A DNA stretch of 64,000 bases from Promethearchaeota archaeon. Lineage in GTDB: Archaea; Asgardarchaeota; Lokiarchaeia; Sigyniarchaeales; SOKP01. Both the position numbers and the translations under genes were made by a program. Every line of letters begins with the position of its first letter. Positions within the stretch are counted from its first letter, which is position 1. The notes under the pieces were generated by a model. That model ran no database searches. It was given only the letters and a program-made list of their open reading frames with translations, and was not told the DNA's origin. Below, piece after piece: positions 50,101-59,429 of the stretch. Location of the stretch: assembly GCA_048940925.1 (NCBI GenBank), contig JBHLOC010000004.1, forward strand, positions 96,554-160,553, in the 5' to 3' direction.

Positions 50101-50252
50101 GAGGGAAGGTGAGAAAATACAATAATATCCCCTATAATTGAATAGCACAATTCGTACAATTGAGGAAATTTCCTAATTAAAATGGTAACTAAAACTTTAT
50201 CCCAAAATCTTACACTAGTTTATTAAGATTTTGATTTTTTCTCATCTCCCTC
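50101..50252 (+). ncRNA. Candidate ~150-nt multibranch ncRNA or leader RNA
   Basis: 16-bp terminal helix GAGGGAaGGTGAGAAAA/TTTTCTCATCTCCCTC, three internal hairpins, TTTAAATA at 50069-50076, pyrimidine tract after the 3' end. Confidence 0.55.
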
Positions 50253-50383
50253 ATTCTTCTCCTTTATTTTGAAAAAAATTGTAAGATTTCTCACATTGAT
50301 TTATTAATAAAATAAAATTTAAAGGATTATTAATTATCAACTTTAAATTAGGGAATTAAAGTAATAAAGAAGAGTAGAATTAT

Positions 50384-51019
50384 ATGAATTTTGAAGAATT
50401 AACAGAGCTTATTATTGAATTAGAAGTAGATGACATTGCTGATGCTGTAAAACAAGCATTAGATGAGGATAAAGATCCTTTTGATATATTAAATGCTTTA
50501 ACAAAAGGAATGGATGAGGTTGGTCGGCGTTATGAGGAGAAAGAATATTATTTAACAGAACTAGTTCTTGCTGGAGAAACGATGAAAGAAGCTTTCAATG
50601 TTCTCAGACCTGCGTTAGCTGCGTCTGATAAATCACAGGATAAAGTTAAAATAATTCTCGGTACAGTAAAAGGTGATAATCATGATATTGGAAAGAATAT
50701 ACTTGGTTCTCTATTATTAAGTTCTGGATTTGAACTTTATGATTTAGGTATGGATGTCGATGAAAACATAATAGTTGAAAAAGTAAAAGAAACTGGGGCA
50801 CAGATAATCGCTTTGAGCTCACTTCTTACTATGACAGTTGAACAAATTAAAGTCGTTCATGAAGCTTTGCAATCTGCGGGTTTAAGAGATAAGGTTAAAT
50901 TAATAGTAGGAGGAGCTCCTTTAAACCTGGAATTAGCAGAAAAGTTAGGAGCAGACGATTTTGCAGATGATGCTGTGGAAGGAGTAAAACATATTAAGCA
51001 GTTAGCTGGAATGAAATAA
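50384..51019 (+). CDS. Corrinoid (B12-binding) methyltransferase cognate protein
   Basis: Cap domain GMDEVG.RYE..EYYL.EL; GDNHDIGKN (DxHxxG), LSSLLT, VGGAP. Confidence 0.93.
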   Translation: MNFEELTELIIELEVDDIADAVKQALDEDKDPFDILNALTKGMDEVGRRYEEKEYYLTELVLAGETMKEAFNVLRPALAASDKSQDKVKIILGTVKGDNHDIGKNILGSLLLSSGFELYDLGMDVDENIIVEKVKETGAQIIALSSLLTMTVEQIKVVHEALQSAGLRDKVKLIVGGAPLNLELAEKLGADDFADDAVEGVKHIKQLAGMK

Positions 51020-51282
51020 CATCAAAAGTTATAAATTCTACTTATTTTTAAATCATTTAATTACTATCTAAAGCGTATTTTTTTTGGAGATTTATAAATT
51101 ATAAGCGTCTTTTCTTTTTTTTTATGACTTTTTTATATTTATTCTTAAATTTGATTAAATTATAATAAGAATATTTATACTTCTTACCAGTCGTTTATAA
51201 CACAGAAGTTAATGTGATCAAATTAAATATTAGAATAAAATATTAACGAAAATGTAATGAAAATTAAAAGGAGGTTGCATAT

Positions 51283-51537
51283 TTGACTAAAAATAAAAGT
51301 AAAGAACTTGAATATACAGAGGAATTAGATACAAGAGGTCTTTTCTGTCCAGAACCATTGTTTGAAGTTCGGAATTTTAGTGAGAATCTTGAAGTAGGTC
51401 AATGTTTTAAGGTCATCGCTGATGATCCTGCAGCTGAAGAAGACTTAAAACGTTGGGCAAAAAGAACCGATACTCAATTAGTTGAATTTCATAAGGACGG
51501 GGAAGATTTGATATTTTATTTTAAAAAAAAGGAATAA
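51283..51537 (+). CDS. tusA: TusA-family sulfurtransferase
   Basis: LDTRGLFCPEP, ADDPAA..D...WA. Confidence 0.9.
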   Translation: MTKNKSKELEYTEELDTRGLFCPEPLFEVRNFSENLEVGQCFKVIADDPAAEEDLKRWAKRTDTQLVEFHKDGEDLIFYFKKKE

Positions 51538-51552
51538 AGAGGATTCATAAAA

Positions 51553-51915
51553 TTGTCTGAAAAAAAACATATTTTATATGTACAAACAACTGACGCTCCA
51601 GAAAAACAATACAGTCCGCTTGTTTTAGCTCAAGCTGCAAAAGCAATGGAAATAGAAGCAACTGTGTATTATTTAGGAACGGGATTAAAAATATTAAAAC
51701 CTGGTGAAGCAGAAAAAATTAAATTAGGTAATTTTCCTAGTGTGAAAGAAATGATTGATAAGACATTAGAGATGGGTGTTGAAATTTTAGTGTGTGAAGC
51801 TTCAAAGCGTATGTTAGGATGGGATCAAGTAGATCTTATTCCAGAAGTTAAAATTGTGGGAGCGGCTACATTAAATGATTTAGTTTTAGATGTTGATGCT
51901 ACTCAATGGTTTTAG
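51553..51915 (+). CDS. DsrE-family sulfur-relay protein
   Basis: P..LA..A.AM, G...L, GVEILVCEAS, V.IVGAAT. Confidence 0.88.
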   Translation: MSEKKHILYVQTTDAPEKQYSPLVLAQAAKAMEIEATVYYLGTGLKILKPGEAEKIKLGNFPSVKEMIDKTLEMGVEILVCEASKRMLGWDQVDLIPEVKIVGAATLNDLVLDVDATQWF

Positions 51916-51954
51916 ATATTAAATATAATTATATAATAAAGGAGAATCAAAAAA

Positions 51955-53148
51955 ATGAATGTCTATTTAGATTATCAGGCAGCAAAGCCTGTTGATGTAA
52001 GAGCCATTTCAGAAATGACAGTATATTTAAATCAGAAATTTGCTAACCCAGCATCTCTTCACTGTGAGGGTGATGATGCTACAGATGCTTTAGTGGAATA
52101 TCGAAGTAAAGTTGCAGAATTTATTAATGCTCCCGATCCAGAATCTATAATATTCACATCTGGAGCAACTGAATCGAATAATTTAGCATTAATAGGCACT
52201 GCAATGAGATATAGGAAAAAGGGTAATCATATTATAATTTCAGAAATAGAACACATTTCAATTTTGAATATTGCTAAATATTTAGAACGAGAAGGCTTTA
52301 AAGTTAGTAGAGTTCCAGTAGATCAATATGGAATTATAAATCTCGATAAACTTGAACGGTTAATTACTGATAAAACAATTTTAATATCTATTGCTACTGC
52401 AAGTAATGAAGTTGGTTCACTTCAACCAATTAAGGAAATAAGTGAAATTGCTATGAAAAACAAAATTTTATTTCACACTGACGCTGTTGCTAGCGAAAGT
52501 GTTATACCTATAGATGTTCAAGAAATTCCAGTTGATATGATGACATTATCTTCAAATGATATTTATGGACCAAGAGGAATTGGTGCTTTATACTTGAAGA
52601 AAGGTGTTAGAATTAATCCTATTATCATTGGAGGAGGCCAAGAAAGAGGATTGAGATCTGGTTCTGAGAATGTACCAGGGATTGTGGGTTTTGGAAAGGC
52701 TGCTGAAATAATGAGGAGAGAAATTGGCGAAGAAGCTAATAGATTACAGATTTTAAGGGATAAGTTAATTAATGGGATATTAGAAACTATTCCGAACTCC
52801 CATTTAAATGGTCATCCCGAAAAAAGACTTCCTCATAATGCTCACTTCAGATTTGATTATATAGAAGGTGAATCGTTAATACTTGGTTTAAAAGATGAAA
52901 AGGTAGCAGCCGCAACAGGATCTGCGTGTAGTTCAAAAACTTTAGAACCTTCTCACACTTTGATGGCAATGGGTCTATTACATGAAGAAGCTCATGGTTC
53001 ACTTGTGATAACTCTTGGTCGTTATACTAAAGAAAAAGATATTGATAAACTCATAGAAGTTTTACCTAAAATTGTAAAAAGGTTAAGATTATTATCACCA
53101 TTAACTCCTCCTGATTTAATAAAAAAATATAATGAGGTGAAAGAATAA
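51955..53148 (+). CDS. iscS: IscS/NifS-family protein lacking the PLP Schiff-base lysine
   Basis: YLDY.A, NPAS.H, FTSGATESNN, IEH.S, RSG.EN, GSACSS; SSND replaces S.HK. Confidence 0.9.
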   Translation: MNVYLDYQAAKPVDVRAISEMTVYLNQKFANPASLHCEGDDATDALVEYRSKVAEFINAPDPESIIFTSGATESNNLALIGTAMRYRKKGNHIIISEIEHISILNIAKYLEREGFKVSRVPVDQYGIINLDKLERLITDKTILISIATASNEVGSLQPIKEISEIAMKNKILFHTDAVASESVIPIDVQEIPVDMMTLSSNDIYGPRGIGALYLKKGVRINPIIIGGGQERGLRSGSENVPGIVGFGKAAEIMRREIGEEANRLQILRDKLINGILETIPNSHLNGHPEKRLPHNAHFRFDYIEGESLILGLKDEKVAAATGSACSSKTLEPSHTLMAMGLLHEEAHGSLVITLGRYTKEKDIDKLIEVLPKIVKRLRLLSPLTPPDLIKKYNEVKE

Positions 53149-53149
53149 A

Positions 53150-53953
53150 ATGAAATCAACTCAGTATAGTGAGAAAGTTTTAGATCATTTTCGAAATCCA
53201 AGGAATATGGGAGAAATCGAAAATGCTGATGGTTTTGGGCGTGTTGGTAACCCTGTATGTGGTGATCTAATGTTTATGTATATTAAAGTTGCTAAAAACG
53301 ATAAAGATGAAGAATATCTTGAAGATGTAAAATTTAAGACATTTGGATGTGGCTCAGCAGTTGCTACTTCGTCAATGATCACTGAGATGGCGAAAGGATT
53401 ACCATTAGATGAAGCTTATAAAATATCAAGACAAGACGTAGCTGAAGAATTAGAAGGGCTTCCACCAATTAAAATGCATTGTTCAAATCTTGCAGCAGAT
53501 GCTTTAAAAGCTGCTATTGATAACTATAGAACTGGTTCTGAACCTGAAGTAGAAGTACCCACAGCATGTCAGCTAGAAATTCAATTAGTAATGGGTTTTG
53601 ATGAATTTCTCGGAAAAGGGACATATAAAGAAATTCCTAAGGATTTAGATAAATTTAGGGATAAAAGGATTCTAATTGTAGATTCCGGTGATGAGTCTTT
53701 AGAACTCGCCTTAAAATTAACGGATTATACAGGAAGAGTAGTTGTAGCAACTTCTTCAAAAGAGATCCCTGGAAGAGAATTAATAGCTAAGAGACTAAAA
53801 AAATCAGACGTAAAAATATTACAGCAATCTGAGCTTTTAGAGGTTAAAGGAGAACTCAATGAGGTCGACAGGGCAGTTATCCACGATTTCGATGAAAATG
53901 AGAATTATGAGCTATATGTAGATATTATTATATATTTAGATTATAGAGGATAG
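53150..53953 (+). CDS. iscU: IscU/NifU scaffold fused to a degenerate thioredoxin-reductase NADPH-binding domain
   Basis: YSEKVLDHFRNPRN, GNPVCGD, FGCGSA, LPPIKMHCS; C-terminal G.DEFLGKG...FRDKRILIV..GD..LELAL.LT. Confidence 0.88.
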   Translation: MKSTQYSEKVLDHFRNPRNMGEIENADGFGRVGNPVCGDLMFMYIKVAKNDKDEEYLEDVKFKTFGCGSAVATSSMITEMAKGLPLDEAYKISRQDVAEELEGLPPIKMHCSNLAADALKAAIDNYRTGSEPEVEVPTACQLEIQLVMGFDEFLGKGTYKEIPKDLDKFRDKRILIVDSGDESLELALKLTDYTGRVVVATSSKEIPGRELIAKRLKKSDVKILQQSELLEVKGELNEVDRAVIHDFDENENYELYVDIIIYLDYRG

Positions 53954-54044
53954 ATTTATCTTAAATTTACTTATTTTTATTTACTTTTTTTAATTAAATA
54001 GATAAAAATTAATACTTATTAAATTTGTACCCTAAACCTAATTT

Positions 54045-55181
54045 CTAGGGTTTTTTTATAGATTCTAAGATATAATCTGTTACATATTTACTTTCTATAT
54101 TCATTTTATTTTTATAATTGACATATCTAAAATTAAATACACATAAAGGGCACGATGATACAAGCTCTTTAGTGTCTAGCTTATCGAATAATTCTTTGCC
54201 AATTTTAATAGAAATACTACTATCAACTCCTCTAATTCCCGAACCTGCTCCGCAACAAGGACATTCTTCAGGATTATCTGAAAGTTCATTAATTTCTAAG
54301 CCACATTTCTTTAATAGCTCTCGTGGTTCAGAGAATAAAGATTTGCCTTTATTTTTTCTCCCTAATCGGCAAGGATCATGATAAGTAATCGATTTATTTA
54401 AAGGTTTTAATTTAATTTTGCCATTTTTTTCTAAATCAGAAATAACATCAATAATATGTTTTACGTTTAAATTATAATCCTTGCAATATTTTCTGTAAAC
54501 TTGATCAAAGGCATATAGACAACCACCGCAAGTAACAATTAAATTTTTTATTCCATTTTTTTTGAACATCTCTATATTTTCTTCAAAGATTCTTTTAGCC
54601 AAATCGATATTTCCTGTCGAATAGATATATTCTCCACAACATGGTTCTTTTTCTAAAATTTTAAAGTTAAATTCTGCCTGTTTTAGAATTTGATAAGGAA
54701 TAGTAGCGCTTTCTTTTACTCGGAATGAAGACATACATCCAAAAAATAATAATGTATCTGATTCCTTTTTTTCAAAAATCTCAGTTTTTTTATAATTTTC
54801 AGGCAACCAATTTAACCTTTCTTCCGGATTTCCGTTGACAGAATTATCTTTTTCAATTATTCCGTTAATAATTTTATTATGAATTTCTAATGGCGCTTTT
54901 TCTTCCTTTACTAAGGCTATTTTAGAGGAGTGAATAATTTCTGATATGTTTATAGATTGTTGGCAACTTAAATCACATAACGCACATAGAGTACAAGTAT
55001 AAAGGCTCACAAGTTCTTCTTGAGAAATCTCATGGTTATTAAACACTTTTTTGGCTATCTTTAATCTTCCATTAGGAGACTTCAATAGATCATTGGTTAC
55101 TAGATATGTATCACATACATCTAAGCATATTTTACAATCTATACATGATTCTATTTCTTCTATTAATTTATTTTCAACCAT
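54045..55181 (-). CDS. Fe-S oxidoreductase (HdrD/GlpC-like: 2x[4Fe-4S] + two CCG domains)
   Basis: CIDCKICLDVC, CTLCALCDLSC, EPCCG, YHDPCRLGR, CCGAG, SCPLC. Confidence 0.9.
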   Translation of the reverse strand: MVENKLIEEIESCIDCKICLDVCDTYLVTNDLLKSPNGRLKIAKKVFNNHEISQEELVSLYTCTLCALCDLSCQQSINISEIIHSSKIALVKEEKAPLEIHNKIINGIIEKDNSVNGNPEERLNWLPENYKKTEIFEKKESDTLLFFGCMSSFRVKESATIPYQILKQAEFNFKILEKEPCCGEYIYSTGNIDLAKRIFEENIEMFKKNGIKNLIVTCGGCLYAFDQVYRKYCKDYNLNVKHIIDVISDLEKNGKIKLKPLNKSITYHDPCRLGRKNKGKSLFSEPRELLKKCGLEINELSDNPEECPCCGAGSGIRGVDSSISIKIGKELFDKLDTKELVSSCPLCVFNFRYVNYKNKMNIESKYVTDYILESIKKP

Positions 55182-55314
55182 TTTTAGATCAATTATTGAA
55201 ATATTGAATTATTTAGGAAAGTTTCTAACTTATAATACCCAGATTTTTATTTTTTCATAAATTAAAAAGAAGTTAAGATAATTAGATTGTTTTAAAAAAA
55301 ACTTTAGGATAATC

Positions 55315-57705
55315 ATGACAAGAGTAATTATTATAGGTGGTGTTGCAGGAGGAGCTTCAGCAGCTGCTAGGTTAAGACGATTGAAAGAAAATTTTGATAT
55401 TATCATGCTAGAGAGAGGTCCTTATGTTTCCTTTGCAAATTGTGGTTTACCATATTACATTGGGAACGTTATTAAGGAACAATCCTCTTTAGAGTTAGTA
55501 TCACCACAGAGATTTCTCGAAAGATTTAATATTGACGTCAGGATCAATAGTGAAGTTATTTCTATAGATAAAAATAATAAATCAATAAGAATAAACGATA
55601 GGATAAAATCCAAAGAGTATACATTATATTATGATTATCTCATTTTAGCTACAGGATCATCTCCCATTGTACCTTCTTTTTCTGGTCTTGAATATGTGCC
55701 CTATTTTACTTTATGGTCTATTCCTGATGCAGTTAAAATAAGAGATTATGTGGAAAAATATCACATAAAGAAAGCAGTTATCGTAGGAGGGGGTTTCATT
55801 GGTTTAGAAATGGCAGAAAATCTCGTGGAACAAAGTGTCAAGGTAAAAATTGTAGAGATGCTCGATCAAGTTATGCCCTCGATTGATAGAGAAATGGCTC
55901 AATTTATTCATCAAGAATTAATCTTAAATGGAGTCTGTCTTGTTTTAGAAGATCCAGTGGATTCATTTGGAAGAACTCAAGATGGTAAACCATATGTAAA
56001 AACTAAAAGTGGACAGCTAATTGAAACTGATTTAATAATTTTATCAATAGGAATAAGACCAGAAAATAAATTGGCAGAAAATGCTGGTTTAAAGTTAGGA
56101 GAAAGTGGTCATATTAAAGTTAATAGTCATATGCAATCAACTGATCCTAATATTTATGCCGTAGGAGATGTTGTACAGGTTTCACACTTTCAGACCAAAA
56201 AACCGATAGCAATTGCTTTAGCGGGTCCAGCTAATAAACAAGGTAGAATTGCTGCTGATAATATTGCTGGCAGAGATACTGAGTATCAAGGTGTTTTGGG
56301 TGCCTCAGTGGTTAAGTTATTTGATATAACTATCGCAGTAGTGGGTTTAACAGAAAAGCAATTAAAAGAAACCGATATCAATTATGAAAAAGTGTATTTA
56401 CACCCCAATAATCATGCGGGGTATTATCCAGGAGCAACTCCAATGTCGATTAAATTATTATTTGAAAATCACTCAGGTAAAATTTTAGGGGCTCAAATAG
56501 TAGGGGGAATGGGTGCTGAGAAGAGAGTGGATGTTTTATCAACTATTATTAAAATGGGAGGCACTGTATTTGATTTAGAAGAATTAGAGTTAACTTATGC
56601 TCCACCATATAGTTCAGCCAAGGATCCTGTAAATATAGCCGGCTTTGTCGCAGCTAACTATTTAAGAAATGATATGCCAATAGCCCACTGGCATGATGTA
56701 GAGAATTTCAATTCAAATGGTGGTGTTATATTAGATGTTAGAACAAAAGAAGAACATATCGCACGATCTATTAATAATTCTGTAAATATACCAATTGAGG
56801 AATTACGAGAGAGAATTGATGAATTAGACAAAAATAAATCTATATTAGTGTACTGTGAGGTTGGATATAGAAGTTATTTAGCATCGAGAATTCTTTTACA
56901 AAAAGGATTCCATCAAGTTTTTGAACTTTCAGGAGGTTACAAATCTTATGAGATGGCGAACATTACAACTGAAGAGATTGTCGCTGCATGTGGTGCTTCG
57001 GAAAACATAATTGAAGAATATGTGAAAGAAAAAGCAATAGAAAGTGAAGATTTCATTGAGGTTGATGCATGTGGATTAAGTTGTCCAGGACCTTTGAATG
57101 CATTAATTAAGGGATTAGAAACTCTCCCTGAAAATAAAAAATTGAAGATCTATGCAACAGATCCTGGTTTTAAATCAAGTGTAGAAGCTTATGTTAAACT
57201 AAATGAAGCGATTCAATTACTTAGTCTAGCTAAAGAAGAGGGTAAATTAGTTGCTATCTTAGAAAAAGGACGAATTGAACTTGAAGATATTTCAGCTCCA
57301 GTAAAAGTTAAAAAGAAAACGAGAAAAGAATTGAGAGGACCTGATGCAATCCCAGTTTCAGAAATGAGCGTTGATGAATTATATGAACGTTTTAATACTG
57401 GAGATTCACCATCACTTCTAATTGACGTTCGGACTCCTGGAGAATATTATGGTGTAGGAGGTCATATAGAAAATACTAAGTTAATTCCATTAGGGGAATT
57501 GATAAACAATACTGATGCGATAAAAGAATATAAGGATGAAGAAATCGTCACTATTTGTCATTCTGGTTCACGTTCTATGATGGCTGCTCAAATTTTGGCA
57601 CAAGCAGGATTTAAAGATATTAGGAACTTAACGGGTGGAATGATGATGTGGCGTAGAAAAGGATATCCTTTAGAGGGAGAGAAAATTGAATATCAAAACT
57701 ATTAA
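55315..57705 (+). CDS. CoA-disulfide/persulfide reductase with rhodanese-TusA-rhodanese C-terminal domains
   Basis: GGVAGG, SFANCGLPY, GGGFIG, YAPP; rhodanese YCEVGYRS; TusA DACGLSCPGP; rhodanese ICHSGSRS. Confidence 0.92.
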   Translation: MTRVIIIGGVAGGASAAARLRRLKENFDIIMLERGPYVSFANCGLPYYIGNVIKEQSSLELVSPQRFLERFNIDVRINSEVISIDKNNKSIRINDRIKSKEYTLYYDYLILATGSSPIVPSFSGLEYVPYFTLWSIPDAVKIRDYVEKYHIKKAVIVGGGFIGLEMAENLVEQSVKVKIVEMLDQVMPSIDREMAQFIHQELILNGVCLVLEDPVDSFGRTQDGKPYVKTKSGQLIETDLIILSIGIRPENKLAENAGLKLGESGHIKVNSHMQSTDPNIYAVGDVVQVSHFQTKKPIAIALAGPANKQGRIAADNIAGRDTEYQGVLGASVVKLFDITIAVVGLTEKQLKETDINYEKVYLHPNNHAGYYPGATPMSIKLLFENHSGKILGAQIVGGMGAEKRVDVLSTIIKMGGTVFDLEELELTYAPPYSSAKDPVNIAGFVAANYLRNDMPIAHWHDVENFNSNGGVILDVRTKEEHIARSINNSVNIPIEELRERIDELDKNKSILVYCEVGYRSYLASRILLQKGFHQVFELSGGYKSYEMANITTEEIVAACGASENIIEEYVKEKAIESEDFIEVDACGLSCPGPLNALIKGLETLPENKKLKIYATDPGFKSSVEAYVKLNEAIQLLSLAKEEGKLVAILEKGRIELEDISAPVKVKKKTRKELRGPDAIPVSEMSVDELYERFNTGDSPSLLIDVRTPGEYYGVGGHIENTKLIPLGELINNTDAIKEYKDEEIVTICHSGSRSMMAAQILAQAGFKDIRNLTGGMMMWRRKGYPLEGEKIEYQNY

Positions 57706-57820
57706 TTCTCCTATTCTAAACCAATTTTTCTTTTAAAAAATAAGTATAAAAGTTAAAATTAAGGCAATATAATTTTAAATCCAAATACATTCTTTTAATT
57801 CGAAATATTTAAATTAAATT

Positions 57821-58420
57821 ATGGAGGCAAAAACTATGAAAGAAACTGCTAAAAAATTAATGAATGCCTATGCTGGTGAAGCACAAGCAAATTATAGATA
57901 CAGAAATTTCGCTAAAATAGCTAAAAAGGAGGGATATGTGTTGATATCTAAAATATTCCAAGAAACAGCAGATCAAGAATTTCAACATGGTAGTAAATTT
58001 TATACACATTTGCAAGAATTCAAGAAAGAAGAACCCTTTGATGAATTCGAAGTAGAGGCAAGTTATCCCACTACATATGGTACTACAATTGAAAATCTTA
58101 AATCTGCAATTGCAGGGGAAAATATGGAATGGCAAACTCTGTATCCAGATTTAGCCAACACAGCTGAAAAAGAAGGATATCCACATATTGCTAATAGGAC
58201 ACGGGCAATTATACGTGCTGAAAAACACCATTCAGAACGTTATGGTAAGCTCTTGAAGTTAGCTGGTGATGACGCATTCTTCAAACGTGGAGAAAAAATA
58301 ATATGGGTTTGTATGGAATGCGGTTATGAAGTAGAAATGGATGAGTTACCAAAGAATTGGGAATGCCCTAGCTGTGGACATAGCAGAGCATACTTCAGAA
58401 AGAAATGTGAAGACTTCTAA
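57821..58420 (+). CDS. rbr: Rubrerythrin
   Basis: AYAGEAQA, E..H twice, AIAGE..E, C-terminal CMECG...CPSCG. Confidence 0.95.
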   Translation: MEAKTMKETAKKLMNAYAGEAQANYRYRNFAKIAKKEGYVLISKIFQETADQEFQHGSKFYTHLQEFKKEEPFDEFEVEASYPTTYGTTIENLKSAIAGENMEWQTLYPDLANTAEKEGYPHIANRTRAIIRAEKHHSERYGKLLKLAGDDAFFKRGEKIIWVCMECGYEVEMDELPKNWECPSCGHSRAYFRKKCEDF

Positions 58421-58520
58421 AACATTAAAAAATTGTTAATTTAAAATTAAAAGTATTAAATAGAAATGTATAAGTCATAAAGAACAAATTAATTTTAGAA
58501 TTGAAAGAGGTTATAAAAAA

Positions 58521-58910
58521 ATGGAAAAAAAAGAAATTTACAAATGCGAAGTATGCGGTAAAGTAATTGAAATTCTTAATCCTGTTGCCCACGAAACGAT
58601 TTGCTGTGAACAACCAATGAAATTAATGAATCCCCAAACAAAAGACTGGAAAACAGAAAAACATGTTCCAAAAATCACGGTAGAGGGGAATAAGGTTACT
58701 GTGGATGTTGGAATCTCCATGGGTACTCCACATCCTATGACTGAAGAGCATTGGATTATGTGGATTGAAATTATGTGTGAAGGTGGCTGTTATGAAAGGC
58801 GATTTCTAAACCCAGGGGATGAACCTAAAGCCACATTTACAGTTGCCAACCCTGAGGGTCTTAAGGCAAGGGAATTCTGCAACATTCATGGTTTATGGAT
58901 TTCAGAATAA
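58521..58910 (+). CDS. dfx: Desulfoferrodoxin (superoxide reductase)
   Basis: CEVCG...CC N-domain, EKHVP, HPM..EHWI, CNIHGLW. Confidence 0.95.
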   Translation: MEKKEIYKCEVCGKVIEILNPVAHETICCEQPMKLMNPQTKDWKTEKHVPKITVEGNKVTVDVGISMGTPHPMTEEHWIMWIEIMCEGGCYERRFLNPGDEPKATFTVANPEGLKAREFCNIHGLWISE

Positions 58911-59149
58911 ATTTTTAAAAATATATTATAAAACTTATTTTTTTATTTCTATTTTAAAATTTTTAAATCTAAACTTAGATTAATTAAGACAATAAATTAG
59001 GTTGATGTAAACTAGTAATAATATAAAAATTAGCTATGTCATCAGTTCTACAAATTTTTGTTATTTGTTGCTTTATTATTTTCTTTATCTTTTTTTGATT
59101 ATTTATAATCTTAAAAATACTTAAATAGAATCATAGAGGAAAAAATTGA

Positions 59150-59314
59150 AAATCAGATATCGAACTAGTAGTGAATGCTGGTGGTAGAACTGCTTATCTT
59201 ACTACTACGCATGGAAATAGGCATTTACAAGAACTAGAATCTCTTGATATAAATCCAACGATAGTATGTGACAATTTTTTTAATGCAGCAAAAGAAATTT
59301 TAGCACTAAATTAA
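59150..59314 (+). pseudogene. C-terminal fragment of a HAD-IIIA (GmhB-like) phosphatase
   Basis: KSDIELVVNAGGRTAYLTTTHG...PTIVCDNFFNAAKEIL*; preceded by an in-frame stop, no N-terminal DxD. Confidence 0.5.
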
Positions 59315-59429
59315 TTAATCGAAGAATATTGATTTCCTTATTTCTATACTTTGATAAACGATTATTATAAAAATCTATAATTGTATTAATTAAATATTAT
59401 TTTATCTAAGAATATAATTTGGGATAGTC

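Noticed and set aside
50101-50252. Cobalamin riboswitch
   Set aside because: Lacks the GGGAA...GCCACTG B12-box pattern despite the downstream corrinoid gene
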